The notes under the pieces were generated by a model, which saw nothing but the letters and a program-made list of their open reading frames with translations, did no database searches and was not told where the DNA came from. A DNA stretch of 64,000 bases from Candidatus Hydrogenedens sp. GTDB lineage: Bacteria; Hydrogenedentota; Hydrogenedentia; Hydrogenedentales; Hydrogenedentaceae. The DNA lies in NCBI GenBank assembly GCA_049968235.1, contig JBMFRC010000008.1:32001-96000 (forward strand), written 5' to 3'. Positions 9,660 to 19,121 of this stretch are shown here, piece after piece; position 1 is the stretch's first letter, and every line of letters starts with the position of its first letter. The translations under genes were made by a program, and so were the position numbers.

Positions 9660-10741
9660 CCCGCCGAGCCTCCTCGTTCTATAAGATTTAATAATCCTTC
9701 GGGATTAGGACTGCGTTTAAATGCCAGGTCTTTTGTAATCAGTCCTCTTCGGTATAAACGATATAAGGATTGGTTCATTGTCATCATCCCTTCCCCTTTG
9801 CCAATTTCAATCATAGAAGGAATTTGTTCTAATTTCTGGGCACGAATGAGGGAACGAATAGCGGGATTAGGAACCATTACTTCCGTAGCAAGCACACGTC
9901 CCTGTCCATCAGCACGGGGTATAAGCTGCTGAACAATGAGCCCTTCAAGCACAAACGAAAGTTGGGTTCGCACCTGTTCTTGTTGCTCCTGTGGGAACAC
10001 ATCAACAATACGATTAATCGTTTGAACTGCATCATTCGTGTGTAATGTAGCAAAAGTGAGGTGTCCTGTTTCTGCAACAGTAAGTGCCGCCTGAATCGTT
10101 TCTGTATCACGCATTTCACCAATCAAAATTACATCAGGGTCCTGTCGAAGTACTCGTTTTAAAGCACTGGCAAAGGTTTTTGTATCCACATTCACTTCGC
10201 GCTGATTGATGATGGACCTCCGGTGGGAATGTAGATATTCGATAGGGTCCTCAATAGTTATAATATGCACATCGCGTTCCACATTTATTTTATCTATCAG
10301 AGCAGCAAGGGTGGTTGACTTCCCACTTCCTGTGGGACCACATACAAGGATTAGCCCATAAGGACGGTATGCAAAATCCGCTACAACGCGGGGAATCCCT
10401 AATTGTTCAAAAGACATAATTTCATACGGAATAGCACGGAACGCAGCAACAACAGAGCCACGGTCCCGATAGACATTCAAACGGAAACGACTAAGTTTTT
10501 CTACGCCAAAGGACATATCTAATTCTTTTTCTTTTTCAAATTCTGCTATCTGCTCCTCATTCATCACAGAGTAAATTAGTTCCTGTGTAATTTCAGGAGA
10601 GAGACGAGGGTACCCCGGCATGTATTCCAGCCTCCCATATACACGGATTACAGGGGGAACACCAACAACGATATGCAAATCACTTGCACCCGCTTTTATC
10701 ATTTTTTCTAAAAGTTCTCTAATATCGAATGTTAATCTCAT
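9656..10741 (-). CDS. pilT: type IV pilus retraction ATPase PilT
   Basis: 361 aa. Walker A GPTGSGKSTT. PilT/PilU family blocks including the AIRNLIRE-like motif AIRSLIRAQK. Confidence 0.85.
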   Translation of the reverse strand: MRLTFDIRELLEKMIKAGASDLHIVVGVPPVIRVYGRLEYMPGYPRLSPEITQELIYSVMNEEQIAEFEKEKELDMSFGVEKLSRFRLNVYRDRGSVVAAFRAIPYEIMSFEQLGIPRVVADFAYRPYGLILVCGPTGSGKSTTLAALIDKINVERDVHIITIEDPIEYLHSHRRSIINQREVNVDTKTFASALKRVLRQDPDVILIGEMRDTETIQAALTVAETGHLTFATLHTNDAVQTINRIVDVFPQEQQEQVRTQLSFVLEGLIVQQLIPRADGQGRVLATEVMVPNPAIRSLIRAQKLEQIPSMIEIGKGEGMMTMNQSLYRLYRRGLITKDLAFKRSPNPEGLLNLIERGGSAG

Positions 10742-10768
10742 ATCTTCTCCTTTTTTATATTTGAATTG

Positions 10769-13327
10769 TTATGCCCATGTAACAAGTCCCACTTCAAATT
10801 TATTTGCAAGGTTCTCCCGATACGGAAATACACGAACGGAATATCCAGACAATCCTGTTTCATTACAAGAAATAATCCCTTTGAAACGAAACACTTTGTC
10901 TTCGATTTTCTTCTCAAAATCCATATTAACGGCATACCCTTCTTTAATCGTGCCATCATGATTTAGATGACCGACATAACTCTCCACACGAACATCTTCT
11001 TGTGTAAGATTGTCAAGATATATATCCGCTTCAATAGGAATCTCTGTTCCTACGGGGACATCACCATGCAATTTAGCCTCAACACGCACAAAACGAATAT
11101 TATTCCATACTAACTGTACTTTCTTTTTCCATTCCGCTAACTCAATTGCATATTTGCGGTTATCCTTACGGAAGAGAATACGTCGTTTGGAGAATGGGAT
11201 ATATGCCTTTTCTGCGTATTCTTGAACCATTCTGTAAGTATTAAATATGGGACAGATTGTTTTGATAGCTTCCTTCATTCGTAATATCCATTCACGCGGT
11301 AAACCATCTTGTCCACGATCATAAAACATAGGAATAATTTCCTGTTCCAGTATTTCATATAGTGCAGAACTTTCCACCCGGTCCTGCTCTTCTGTTGATT
11401 CGTAAGTTTCACCTTTCCCGATGGTCCAGCCGTTATGTCCCAATCCGTTTGCTTCACACCACCAACCATCAGGGATACTAATATTCAAAGCCCCATTGGC
11501 AGCGGCTTTCATTCCACTGGTGCCACTGGCTTCCATAGGTCTTCGGGGGGTATTGAGCCAGCAATCGACACCCTGAACCATATATCGTGCTACATTTATA
11601 TCATAATCTTCAAGAAACACAATATGGTTTCGCACTTCGGGATCCATAGCAAAATGAACAATTTGGCGAATGAGTTCTTTCCCCTGAATATCCTGGGGGT
11701 GTGCTTTGCCAGCGATAATTATCTGAACGGGTTTCTCTTTATTCAGTAAAATCTTTTTCAGGCGTGCGGGGTCGCGGAATAAAAGGGTTACCCGTTTATA
11801 AGTAGCAAATCTTCTTGCAAATCCGATGGTTAAACATTCCGGGTCTAAACATTCACTTGCAAAATTTATTCCTGAAGGAGGAGCACCACGATTAATTAAC
11901 TGCTTTTTTAGTCTCCTTCGTGCAAAATCTACCAGTCTTTCTCTTCGACGTTCATGGGTCCGCCATAATTCAGTTTCAGGTATTTCATTCACTTGTTTCC
12001 ATATCGAATGGTCTTCAGGACTATTTAGCCAGCCGGGTCCCAAGTAACGGTCATAGAGGTCTGCCAGGTCCCGAGAAATCCATGAACGGATATGAACACC
12101 ATTTGTTATAGATGTAATAGGAATTTCATGCTGAGGCAAATCTTTCCATACACGAGACCACATTTCTCTTGAGACAACCCCATGTAATTTACTGACACCA
12201 TTCGCTCCCGCACATAATCTCAATGCGAGGACCGTCATACAGAAAGGTTCTCGGGAATCATTGGGGTCCTGTCTCCCTAATGCCAGAAATTCATTCAAAC
12301 TTATTCCTACATCCTGACAATACTTACCAAAATACCTCTCAATTAAACCAGGGTCAAACATATCATTTCCCGCAGGAACCGGAGTATGTGTAGTAAAATA
12401 ACTTCCTGCTTTTACTGTTTCAACTGCTTGAGAAAATGTAAGTTTTTCATTCAATACCAATTCTTTTATCCGTTGAAGCACCATAAAGGATGCATGTCCT
12501 TCATTTAAGTGATAAATCGTTGGACGCAGTTTCAATGCATGCGCCGCAATAACCCCCCCCATACCTAACATAATTTCCTGTTTAATACGCGTCTCACGAT
12601 CTCCACCGTATAACTGTCCTGTTATGGTACGGTCCGCAGGAGAATTATCCTCATGGTCGGTATCCAATAGATATAAAGGAACACGCCCTACCTGACATCT
12701 CCATATATACGCCTTAACCATTCGCCCGGGATATTCTACCTCAATAACCATAGGCTCCCCGTTTTCATTTTTTACTTTCTCGATAGGCATATTGTAAAAG
12801 TCATTGGGTGGATACAATTCCTGTTGCCAGCCATCTGGATTGAGATACTGATGAAAATACCCTTCGCGGTAAAGCATACCCATACCAATCAAAGGCATAC
12901 CCAAATCACTTGCTGCCTTCAGGTGGTCACCAGCAAGAACACCTAAACCACCAGAATAGATATTTACACTTTCGTGAACACCAAATTCCGCTGACATATA
13001 AAGAATGCACATATCCTGGGGTGCATTGGAATTTCGTTCAAAATAAGTATTGGTATTCATGTAATCCTGCAATTGCGAATAGACCCGTTCCATGTGTGTA
13101 AGAAAACTATCGTTTTTTGCTAATTCATCCAATTTCTTTTGGCTTATCTTCCCCAACAGCATTTTGGGGTTCTGTCCACATTCAACCCACAAATCCCGGT
13201 CCATTCGGAAGAACAAATCAATCGCCTCCGGATTCCAGCACCACCAAAGATTATTTGCAATTTCAAGAAGTTTTTTTAATCGTTCCGGCAAATTAGGAAT
13301 GACATTAAAATGAAAGATATTCCTCAT
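10769..13327 (-). CDS. glgP: alpha-glucan (glycogen/maltodextrin) phosphorylase, GT35
   Basis: 852 aa. N-terminal DUF3417-type region with WWCWNPE. PLP-lysine motif EASGTSGMKAAANGALN. Confidence 0.9.
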   Translation of the reverse strand: MRNIFHFNVIPNLPERLKKLLEIANNLWWCWNPEAIDLFFRMDRDLWVECGQNPKMLLGKISQKKLDELAKNDSFLTHMERVYSQLQDYMNTNTYFERNSNAPQDMCILYMSAEFGVHESVNIYSGGLGVLAGDHLKAASDLGMPLIGMGMLYREGYFHQYLNPDGWQQELYPPNDFYNMPIEKVKNENGEPMVIEVEYPGRMVKAYIWRCQVGRVPLYLLDTDHEDNSPADRTITGQLYGGDRETRIKQEIMLGMGGVIAAHALKLRPTIYHLNEGHASFMVLQRIKELVLNEKLTFSQAVETVKAGSYFTTHTPVPAGNDMFDPGLIERYFGKYCQDVGISLNEFLALGRQDPNDSREPFCMTVLALRLCAGANGVSKLHGVVSREMWSRVWKDLPQHEIPITSITNGVHIRSWISRDLADLYDRYLGPGWLNSPEDHSIWKQVNEIPETELWRTHERRRERLVDFARRRLKKQLINRGAPPSGINFASECLDPECLTIGFARRFATYKRVTLLFRDPARLKKILLNKEKPVQIIIAGKAHPQDIQGKELIRQIVHFAMDPEVRNHIVFLEDYDINVARYMVQGVDCWLNTPRRPMEASGTSGMKAAANGALNISIPDGWWCEANGLGHNGWTIGKGETYESTEEQDRVESSALYEILEQEIIPMFYDRGQDGLPREWILRMKEAIKTICPIFNTYRMVQEYAEKAYIPFSKRRILFRKDNRKYAIELAEWKKKVQLVWNNIRFVRVEAKLHGDVPVGTEIPIEADIYLDNLTQEDVRVESYVGHLNHDGTIKEGYAVNMDFEKKIEDKVFRFKGIISCNETGLSGYSVRVFPYRENLANKFEVGLVTWA

Positions 13328-13474
13328 CGTATAACTCCATCTTACTTGTTATAATTTTATAGGAATTATAAATTACATTTTTTTATTAACTTGGTATTAT
13401 GGTAATCTATTTTATAGAAAGCAAAAATATAATATCACACTCAAAAACCCAAAATATATAAAGGAATACTTATT

Positions 13475-14974
13475 ATGAACTCTCAACACACACACTCATC
13501 TACTTGTAGTTGCTGTGGTATTTCCCGCAGATGCTTCCTTGCAACCAGTACTGCAGTAGGATTAACCGTGCCTTTATTATCCTCCGCACAAATGGAATTC
13601 CCAACTGAAAATGAATTAAAACAACCTATAAATCTGGGTGATTTTCGACCTAAACCTTCTGTGCGTATTGTAGGTGTAGTTGTTCGAGAAAAACCTCCTT
13701 ATTGGTTAGGCTGGCCTGGGACCTCGTATGATGTCGAAGGAAAAAGGAAGGAGTTTGAACAGGCTTTTGTCAATTCAGCCAAAAAAGTTGACGTTCAGTT
13801 TGAAATGCTACCCGACCCTATTGAGGATAATACCGCATTGGAAAAATTTACTAATCAAATGTCAACAGAAAAACCCGATGCTATTCTTGTCCATGTTCAG
13901 CATTTAAATGTATGGGGCAGGGTAGATAAAATTCGTTCCGCTAAGATTCCCATGATTGTTTGGGCTCCACTGGGTACCGTGTTTACTACTCAAGTTCACG
14001 AATTTGCCCGTAGAGAGGGGGTATGTTTATTATCCACATTAGATACAAGTTGTCTTGAACAGGCAATGCGAATGGTGCGTGCTAAGAAACAATTCGAGTT
14101 ATCCCGTATACTGGTAGTGCATGGAAATGAACGTAAGGATGAAGTGATTGACCGTTTTGGAACAAAGATTCGACATGTCCCTCGCGAGATGATGGAAAAA
14201 ATGTTTGAGCGTGTTCCTGTAACAGAAGAAGTAAAAGAAGTTGCTGACAGGATGAAAAAGAAAGCACAAAAGGTTGTAGAACCCACCGATGAAGATATGA
14301 TAAATGCAGCTCGAAGTTATGTTGCTGCAAAACATTTATTGCGTATGGAAGATGCCAACGCAATAACAACTGATTGCCTGGGTATGGTTACCATGAAAAC
14401 AGTACCCACTCCTCCGTGTCTTGGTGCATGCATCTTTCAAGATGAAGGTGTAACTTACGGTTGTGAAGCCGATATTTATGGGGCTATGTCATTAATGTTT
14501 ACCAGTTACCTCTTCGATAAACCCGGTTTTATGAACGACCCTGTTCCTGAGACTATAAAAAATGAACTCATAACAGCCCATTGCGTATGTGGAACGAAAC
14601 TCAATGGATTTGATAAACCTTCTGAGCCCTTCATTATCCGTTCCCATTCTGAGTCCGCTCTGGGTGTGTCCTTGCAAGTATTGTGGAAGATTGGACAGCC
14701 TGCAACACTGGTTCGATTACAAAATCCCAATGAACTTATTCTGGATAATGGAACAGTCACCGCAAATATTGATACACCTCCTGCTGGCGGTTGTAGAACG
14801 CATTTATCCCTAAAAATGGATTATATTGAAGAAGCCAAAGACACATTAGGCTTCCACCAGGTTGTATTTTATGGAAATCATCGTAGAGATGTGAAAAACT
14901 TCTGCCAGATGTACGGTATAAAAGTCATTCACTCTCCGGCACAAGCCAATCCTATGTTACCTATGGAAGCATAA
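13475..14974 (+). CDS. Tat-signal exported protein, L-fucose/L-arabinose isomerase-like (tentative)
   Basis: Twin-arginine motif SRRCFLA followed by an h-region ending in an AQ cleavage-like site. The GVTYGCEADIYGAMSLMF block resembles the GFAGEGDWKTAALLRIM catalytic region of AraA/FucI-type isomerases. Confidence 0.35.
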   Translation: MNSQHTHSSTCSCCGISRRCFLATSTAVGLTVPLLSSAQMEFPTENELKQPINLGDFRPKPSVRIVGVVVREKPPYWLGWPGTSYDVEGKRKEFEQAFVNSAKKVDVQFEMLPDPIEDNTALEKFTNQMSTEKPDAILVHVQHLNVWGRVDKIRSAKIPMIVWAPLGTVFTTQVHEFARREGVCLLSTLDTSCLEQAMRMVRAKKQFELSRILVVHGNERKDEVIDRFGTKIRHVPREMMEKMFERVPVTEEVKEVADRMKKKAQKVVEPTDEDMINAARSYVAAKHLLRMEDANAITTDCLGMVTMKTVPTPPCLGACIFQDEGVTYGCEADIYGAMSLMFTSYLFDKPGFMNDPVPETIKNELITAHCVCGTKLNGFDKPSEPFIIRSHSESALGVSLQVLWKIGQPATLVRLQNPNELILDNGTVTANIDTPPAGGCRTHLSLKMDYIEEAKDTLGFHQVVFYGNHRRDVKNFCQMYGIKVIHSPAQANPMLPMEA

Positions 14975-15081
14975 GATTTTTATATCAAAAAATTCTTTTA
15001 TTGGTTTATACCCATAGGGTGTGTTAGACATGTCCGACTTGTCTAAAATGTCTGATAGGTCTGACTCACTGTGGCTATTTA

Positions 15082-16578
15082 TTATGATTTTTTCAAGGGT
15101 TCCCCCAGAAGATAGCGATGAATAGACATTGCAGCCGTTTTTGCCTGTCCCATGGCACTGATTACAGTTGCAGCACCGGAAACAATATCGCCTCCTGCAA
15201 AAATACCAGGGACGGAAGTTTCCATTGTTTCAGGATCAACAACAATAGTGCCATGTTTCGTAGTTTGTAATTCAGGCATAGATTTAGGTATAAGCGGATT
15301 GGGTTGATTCCCTATAGCAATAATAACCGTATCCACCTCCATAATAAATTCGGACCCTTTAATAGGGACAGGTCTGCGTCTCCCCGAAGAATCAGGCTCG
15401 CCTAATTCCATTCGGATACATTCCATCCCAACAACACGATGCCGTTCATCACCAAGGATTCGAACAGGGTTATTTAATAGAAGCATCTTCACTCCTTCTT
15501 CTTCTGCATGATGAATTTCTTCGGCACGGGCAGGCATTTGTTCGCGGGCACGACGGTAAACAATGCTTACATCTCCCCCTAAACGCAAAGCGGTACGTGC
15601 TGAGTCCATAGCCACATTGCCACCGCCGATTACAGCAACTTTATTCCGTTTGATAGGGGGTGTATCGTATTTTGGGAAAAGGTAGGCTTTCATCAGATTA
15701 GAGCGAGTGAGATATTCATTGGCAGAATAGACGCCTACTAAATTCTCACCGGGAATCCCCATAAAGGAAGGGAGACCTGCTCCCGTCCCAATAAATACCG
15801 CATGATAACCTTCTTCATCGAACAATTCCCGAATTGTACAATTTCTTCCAATGACAAAATCCATCACAAATTCGACACCCAATCGTTTGAGATATGCCAC
15901 CTCTGCGCGGACAATTTCTTTAGGAAGCCGGAATTCGGGTATGCCATACATAAGTACTCCACCGGGTTCATGTAAAGCCTCAAACACAGTAACTTCATGC
16001 CCCAATTTGATAAGGTCACCAGCGACCGTAAGCCCTGCGGGACCTGCACCAATTACAGCCACCCGCTTACCTGTTTTTGGGAGAATTTCAGGTAGTTGTA
16101 CTTGTCCACTGGCTCGTTCAAAATCCGCACAAAAACGCTCTAATCTTCCAATTGCTACGGATTCTCCTTTGACACCTAATATACACCCGCTTTCACATTG
16201 TTCTTCTTGTGGGCATACTCGACCACAAACCGCAGGTAACGCATTTTGTAGTTTAATATGCTGAGCCGCCTCGATGAATTTACCATCTTTGATAAGGCGG
16301 ATAAATCCTGGAATATCAATATGGACGGGACAACCTTCAACACAACCCGGCTTTTTGCAATCAAGGCAACGGGACGCTTCCAGTATAGCCAATTCCGGAG
16401 TATAACCGAACGGCACTTCTTCAAAATTATACCGTCGGTCTTCCGGTGCTTGTTCGGGCATAGGTTGTCGTGGAACTTTTCCCTTTTTTTTAGGTTTTGT
16501 TTCCTGTGAAAGGCTATCTTGTGTCTTTATTTCAGAATTTTCGGGTTGTGTCATGGCTTCTAACCTCTTTCCATACAA
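15082..16578 (-). CDS. GltD-like FAD/NAD(P)H oxidoreductase with 4Fe-4S (SudA/NfnB-like, glutamate synthase small-subunit family)
   Basis: 498 aa. Two N-terminal Cys clusters. Dinucleotide-binding motifs VAVIGAGPAGL and VAVIGGGNVAMD. Overlaps the upstream gene by 19 nt. Confidence 0.8.
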   Translation of the reverse strand: MYGKRLEAMTQPENSEIKTQDSLSQETKPKKKGKVPRQPMPEQAPEDRRYNFEEVPFGYTPELAILEASRCLDCKKPGCVEGCPVHIDIPGFIRLIKDGKFIEAAQHIKLQNALPAVCGRVCPQEEQCESGCILGVKGESVAIGRLERFCADFERASGQVQLPEILPKTGKRVAVIGAGPAGLTVAGDLIKLGHEVTVFEALHEPGGVLMYGIPEFRLPKEIVRAEVAYLKRLGVEFVMDFVIGRNCTIRELFDEEGYHAVFIGTGAGLPSFMGIPGENLVGVYSANEYLTRSNLMKAYLFPKYDTPPIKRNKVAVIGGGNVAMDSARTALRLGGDVSIVYRRAREQMPARAEEIHHAEEEGVKMLLLNNPVRILGDERHRVVGMECIRMELGEPDSSGRRRPVPIKGSEFIMEVDTVIIAIGNQPNPLIPKSMPELQTTKHGTIVVDPETMETSVPGIFAGGDIVSGAATVISAMGQAKTAAMSIHRYLLGEPLKKS

Positions 16579-19097
16579 GAACAGTGATGGTAACGATGTT
16601 CTCCCTGAACGGTTTTAGAGGGCATGGTAAAACTTATCGCTTGAATTTCTTCCGCACTATAGGCTTCTCTCCGGTCGCGAACCTCATCCCAATCAACCTG
16701 ATGTGCATCGAAGAAAGGTCCATCAACACATGCAAATTTTGTTTCCCCGTTTATACTGATTCGACAGGCACCACACATACCGGTACCATCTAACATAATA
16801 GGATTTAATGCACAAACCGCTTTTATACCTGTATTGCGGGTTTCTTCTGCAGTAATCATCATCATAAAGGGACATCCCACCGCAACAATCAGGTCTATTT
16901 TCTCACCCGACTGAATTAATCGCTTTAATGCATCAATGGCATGTCCCTTTTCTCCTAATGATGCATCTACAGTTGTTTGAATAAATCGGTCACTGACAGT
17001 AGAGAGTTCTTCTTCGTAATATGCAAGATAATGACTTCGTGCTTCAGAGATTACGATGACTTTATTTCCTTGTTCATGTAATGAACGAGATAAACAGACT
17101 ACTGCACCAATTCCATAACATCCACCTAATATAGCGACTGTTCCATAATGCTTAACTTCAAAAGCAGTACCCAATGGACCTACAACATGAGCAAGACATT
17201 CACCTTCAGATACAGAAATCATTTTCCGACTGGACAAACCCTTTTCTTGTATTACCAATGTAATGGTCCCTTTTTCTTCATCCCAATCACTTAAAGTATA
17301 AGGAATGCGTTCTGAGTTCTCATCTACCATTACGATAACAAATTGTCCAGGTAGTGCCTTTTTCGCAATAGCAGGAGCATAAATAACAAACTCATAGGTA
17401 TTAGGGACTAGTTCCCTACGTGATAAAACCATAAATGGATACGGTGTCTCAGGTAATTTTATTTCTGCTTTTATCGATGTTTTCTCTTCATGGTCTTTGC
17501 CCTCTTCAAAATTCCTCACTGCCACTAAACCGGACACATAATCTTCTACCTTATGTCCTTTGAACCATTCTCGGCGTTCCTTTAAGTTTTGCGATGCGGG
17601 AGGTGCTGTTTGTCGATCAAGATACAATTGGGCTGTATCTAAATCTAATTCACGCGATATTTCTTCAACAGATGTATATTCTTTCCATGCCTCTGAAGAT
17701 AGGGCTCTGGCTATTTGTTGAATAATAATCCATTCAGGTATTGCATCTCCCGGTGGATTGCATGCTTTTATCAAGGGACGCAACCGATTATTTCTATCCA
17801 GCACTGTCCCTGAAACTTCAGCAAAAATGGCGGTCGGATACACCACATCCGCAGATTTTGTCCATTCCGACGGAAAGACATCCAGAGCAATAACCACATC
17901 AAAATTACTCCGAAATTCTTGTGGGATAAATAAACCTGTAGTAATAACCGCTTTAACTTCCGTGGGGATATTTGTAATTCTTGCAAAACCTTTCTTATCC
18001 GGAACAATCTCGAAATAATACGGAGATTGCATTACCTCCTGTGTAAATTTCTTAAATATATGTCTATCTTCCAATGTACTGGATGTATCACAAACAAAGG
18101 CAAATTTCTTACCTGTATAATTCTTTAATAACTCCGCACATCGATGTATGGTTTCTTCAGATGAAACTGGTCGTAATACTTTGTTAATTCGTATTTGTGG
18201 TGAACGAAGGCGATGGGGACTGTTTAAAAATTCAGGGATTGCAAAATGTCCTAAAACACATACAGGTAGATGGTCGTAAACACCCTTAACCATAACCGAT
18301 TTATTATTTACCGCATATACTGCCAGAGCACAGGCTTCATCACAGTAGATGCAGGTGGTTTCAATTTTTGTATCCGGTCGTCCAAACCATTTTGCATATC
18401 GGTCTGATAAAGTCCCCGTAGGACATACATCCACACATGAACCGCAGAAAGTGCAACCCGCTTCATGTAAGTTTCTTCCGAAAGCCTGTCCGATATGGGT
18501 CTGACTGCTACGATGAATAAAATCAATTACGGATTTACCCTGATGTAATTTACAAATGCGAACACATCTTCCGCAAAGAATACATAGATTTAAATCTCGG
18601 TCAATAAAAGGTTCAGAACGCTCTATGGGTTTGTAATGATATTTGGGAGACACCAAAATTTCTGCCAGACCCAAATCTGCGGATAGTTCCCGTACTTCAC
18701 ACACATCTTTGTTGTTACAGGTATGACAACCTGTTGTTGCCCCTACCTTTTCCGATTTTGGTCGATATTTATCACACAATTCGCGTCGCTCACACACAAG
18801 GCAGGCACTGGGATGTTCTAACATCATCAGTCCCAGAATATTTCTGCGTAATAGACGCAAACTTTCCGTTTGCGTATGAATAACCATCCCTTCAGCAATC
18901 GGTGTGGAACAGGATGTAGGATAACCTCGCATACCTTCCACTTCTACAATACATATACGACAGGCACCGAAAGGTGGTAACGCAGGATGCGTGCATAGAT
19001 GGGGAATGGATATTCCATGCCGTAAAGCACATTCTAATATCGTTTCACCTGCTCTACCTTCAAGTGTTTTTCCATCAATAACTACATTCACAATCAA
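16560..19097 (-). CDS. fusion protein: NuoG/HndD-like Fe-S subunit (2Fe-2S + His-ligated 4Fe-4S + 2x4Fe-4S + truncated molybdopterin-type domain) fused to SudB/NfnA/PyrK-like FAD–NAD–2Fe-2S domain
   Basis: 845 aa. Residues 1–80 form a plant-type ferredoxin (CTHP...C..C). HPSACLVCERRELCD matches the NuoG His-Cys cluster. Ferredoxin clusters CILCGRCVRIC and CTFCGSCVDVCPTG. The ETTCIYCDEAC cluster marks a molybdopterin-oxidoreductase-like segment. The C-terminal ~300 aa are PyrK-like (PYPFMVLS...GPLGTAF...CGACRISINGETKFACVDGPFF). Confidence 0.72.
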   Translation of the reverse strand: MIVNVVIDGKTLEGRAGETILECALRHGISIPHLCTHPALPPFGACRICIVEVEGMRGYPTSCSTPIAEGMVIHTQTESLRLLRRNILGLMMLEHPSACLVCERRELCDKYRPKSEKVGATTGCHTCNNKDVCEVRELSADLGLAEILVSPKYHYKPIERSEPFIDRDLNLCILCGRCVRICKLHQGKSVIDFIHRSSQTHIGQAFGRNLHEAGCTFCGSCVDVCPTGTLSDRYAKWFGRPDTKIETTCIYCDEACALAVYAVNNKSVMVKGVYDHLPVCVLGHFAIPEFLNSPHRLRSPQIRINKVLRPVSSEETIHRCAELLKNYTGKKFAFVCDTSSTLEDRHIFKKFTQEVMQSPYYFEIVPDKKGFARITNIPTEVKAVITTGLFIPQEFRSNFDVVIALDVFPSEWTKSADVVYPTAIFAEVSGTVLDRNNRLRPLIKACNPPGDAIPEWIIIQQIARALSSEAWKEYTSVEEISRELDLDTAQLYLDRQTAPPASQNLKERREWFKGHKVEDYVSGLVAVRNFEEGKDHEEKTSIKAEIKLPETPYPFMVLSRRELVPNTYEFVIYAPAIAKKALPGQFVIVMVDENSERIPYTLSDWDEEKGTITLVIQEKGLSSRKMISVSEGECLAHVVGPLGTAFEVKHYGTVAILGGCYGIGAVVCLSRSLHEQGNKVIVISEARSHYLAYYEEELSTVSDRFIQTTVDASLGEKGHAIDALKRLIQSGEKIDLIVAVGCPFMMMITAEETRNTGIKAVCALNPIMLDGTGMCGACRISINGETKFACVDGPFFDAHQVDWDEVRDRREAYSAEEIQAISFTMPSKTVQGEHRYHHCSCMERG

Positions 19098-19121
19098 ATC
19101 ACCTCTTTAATATATAACCCT

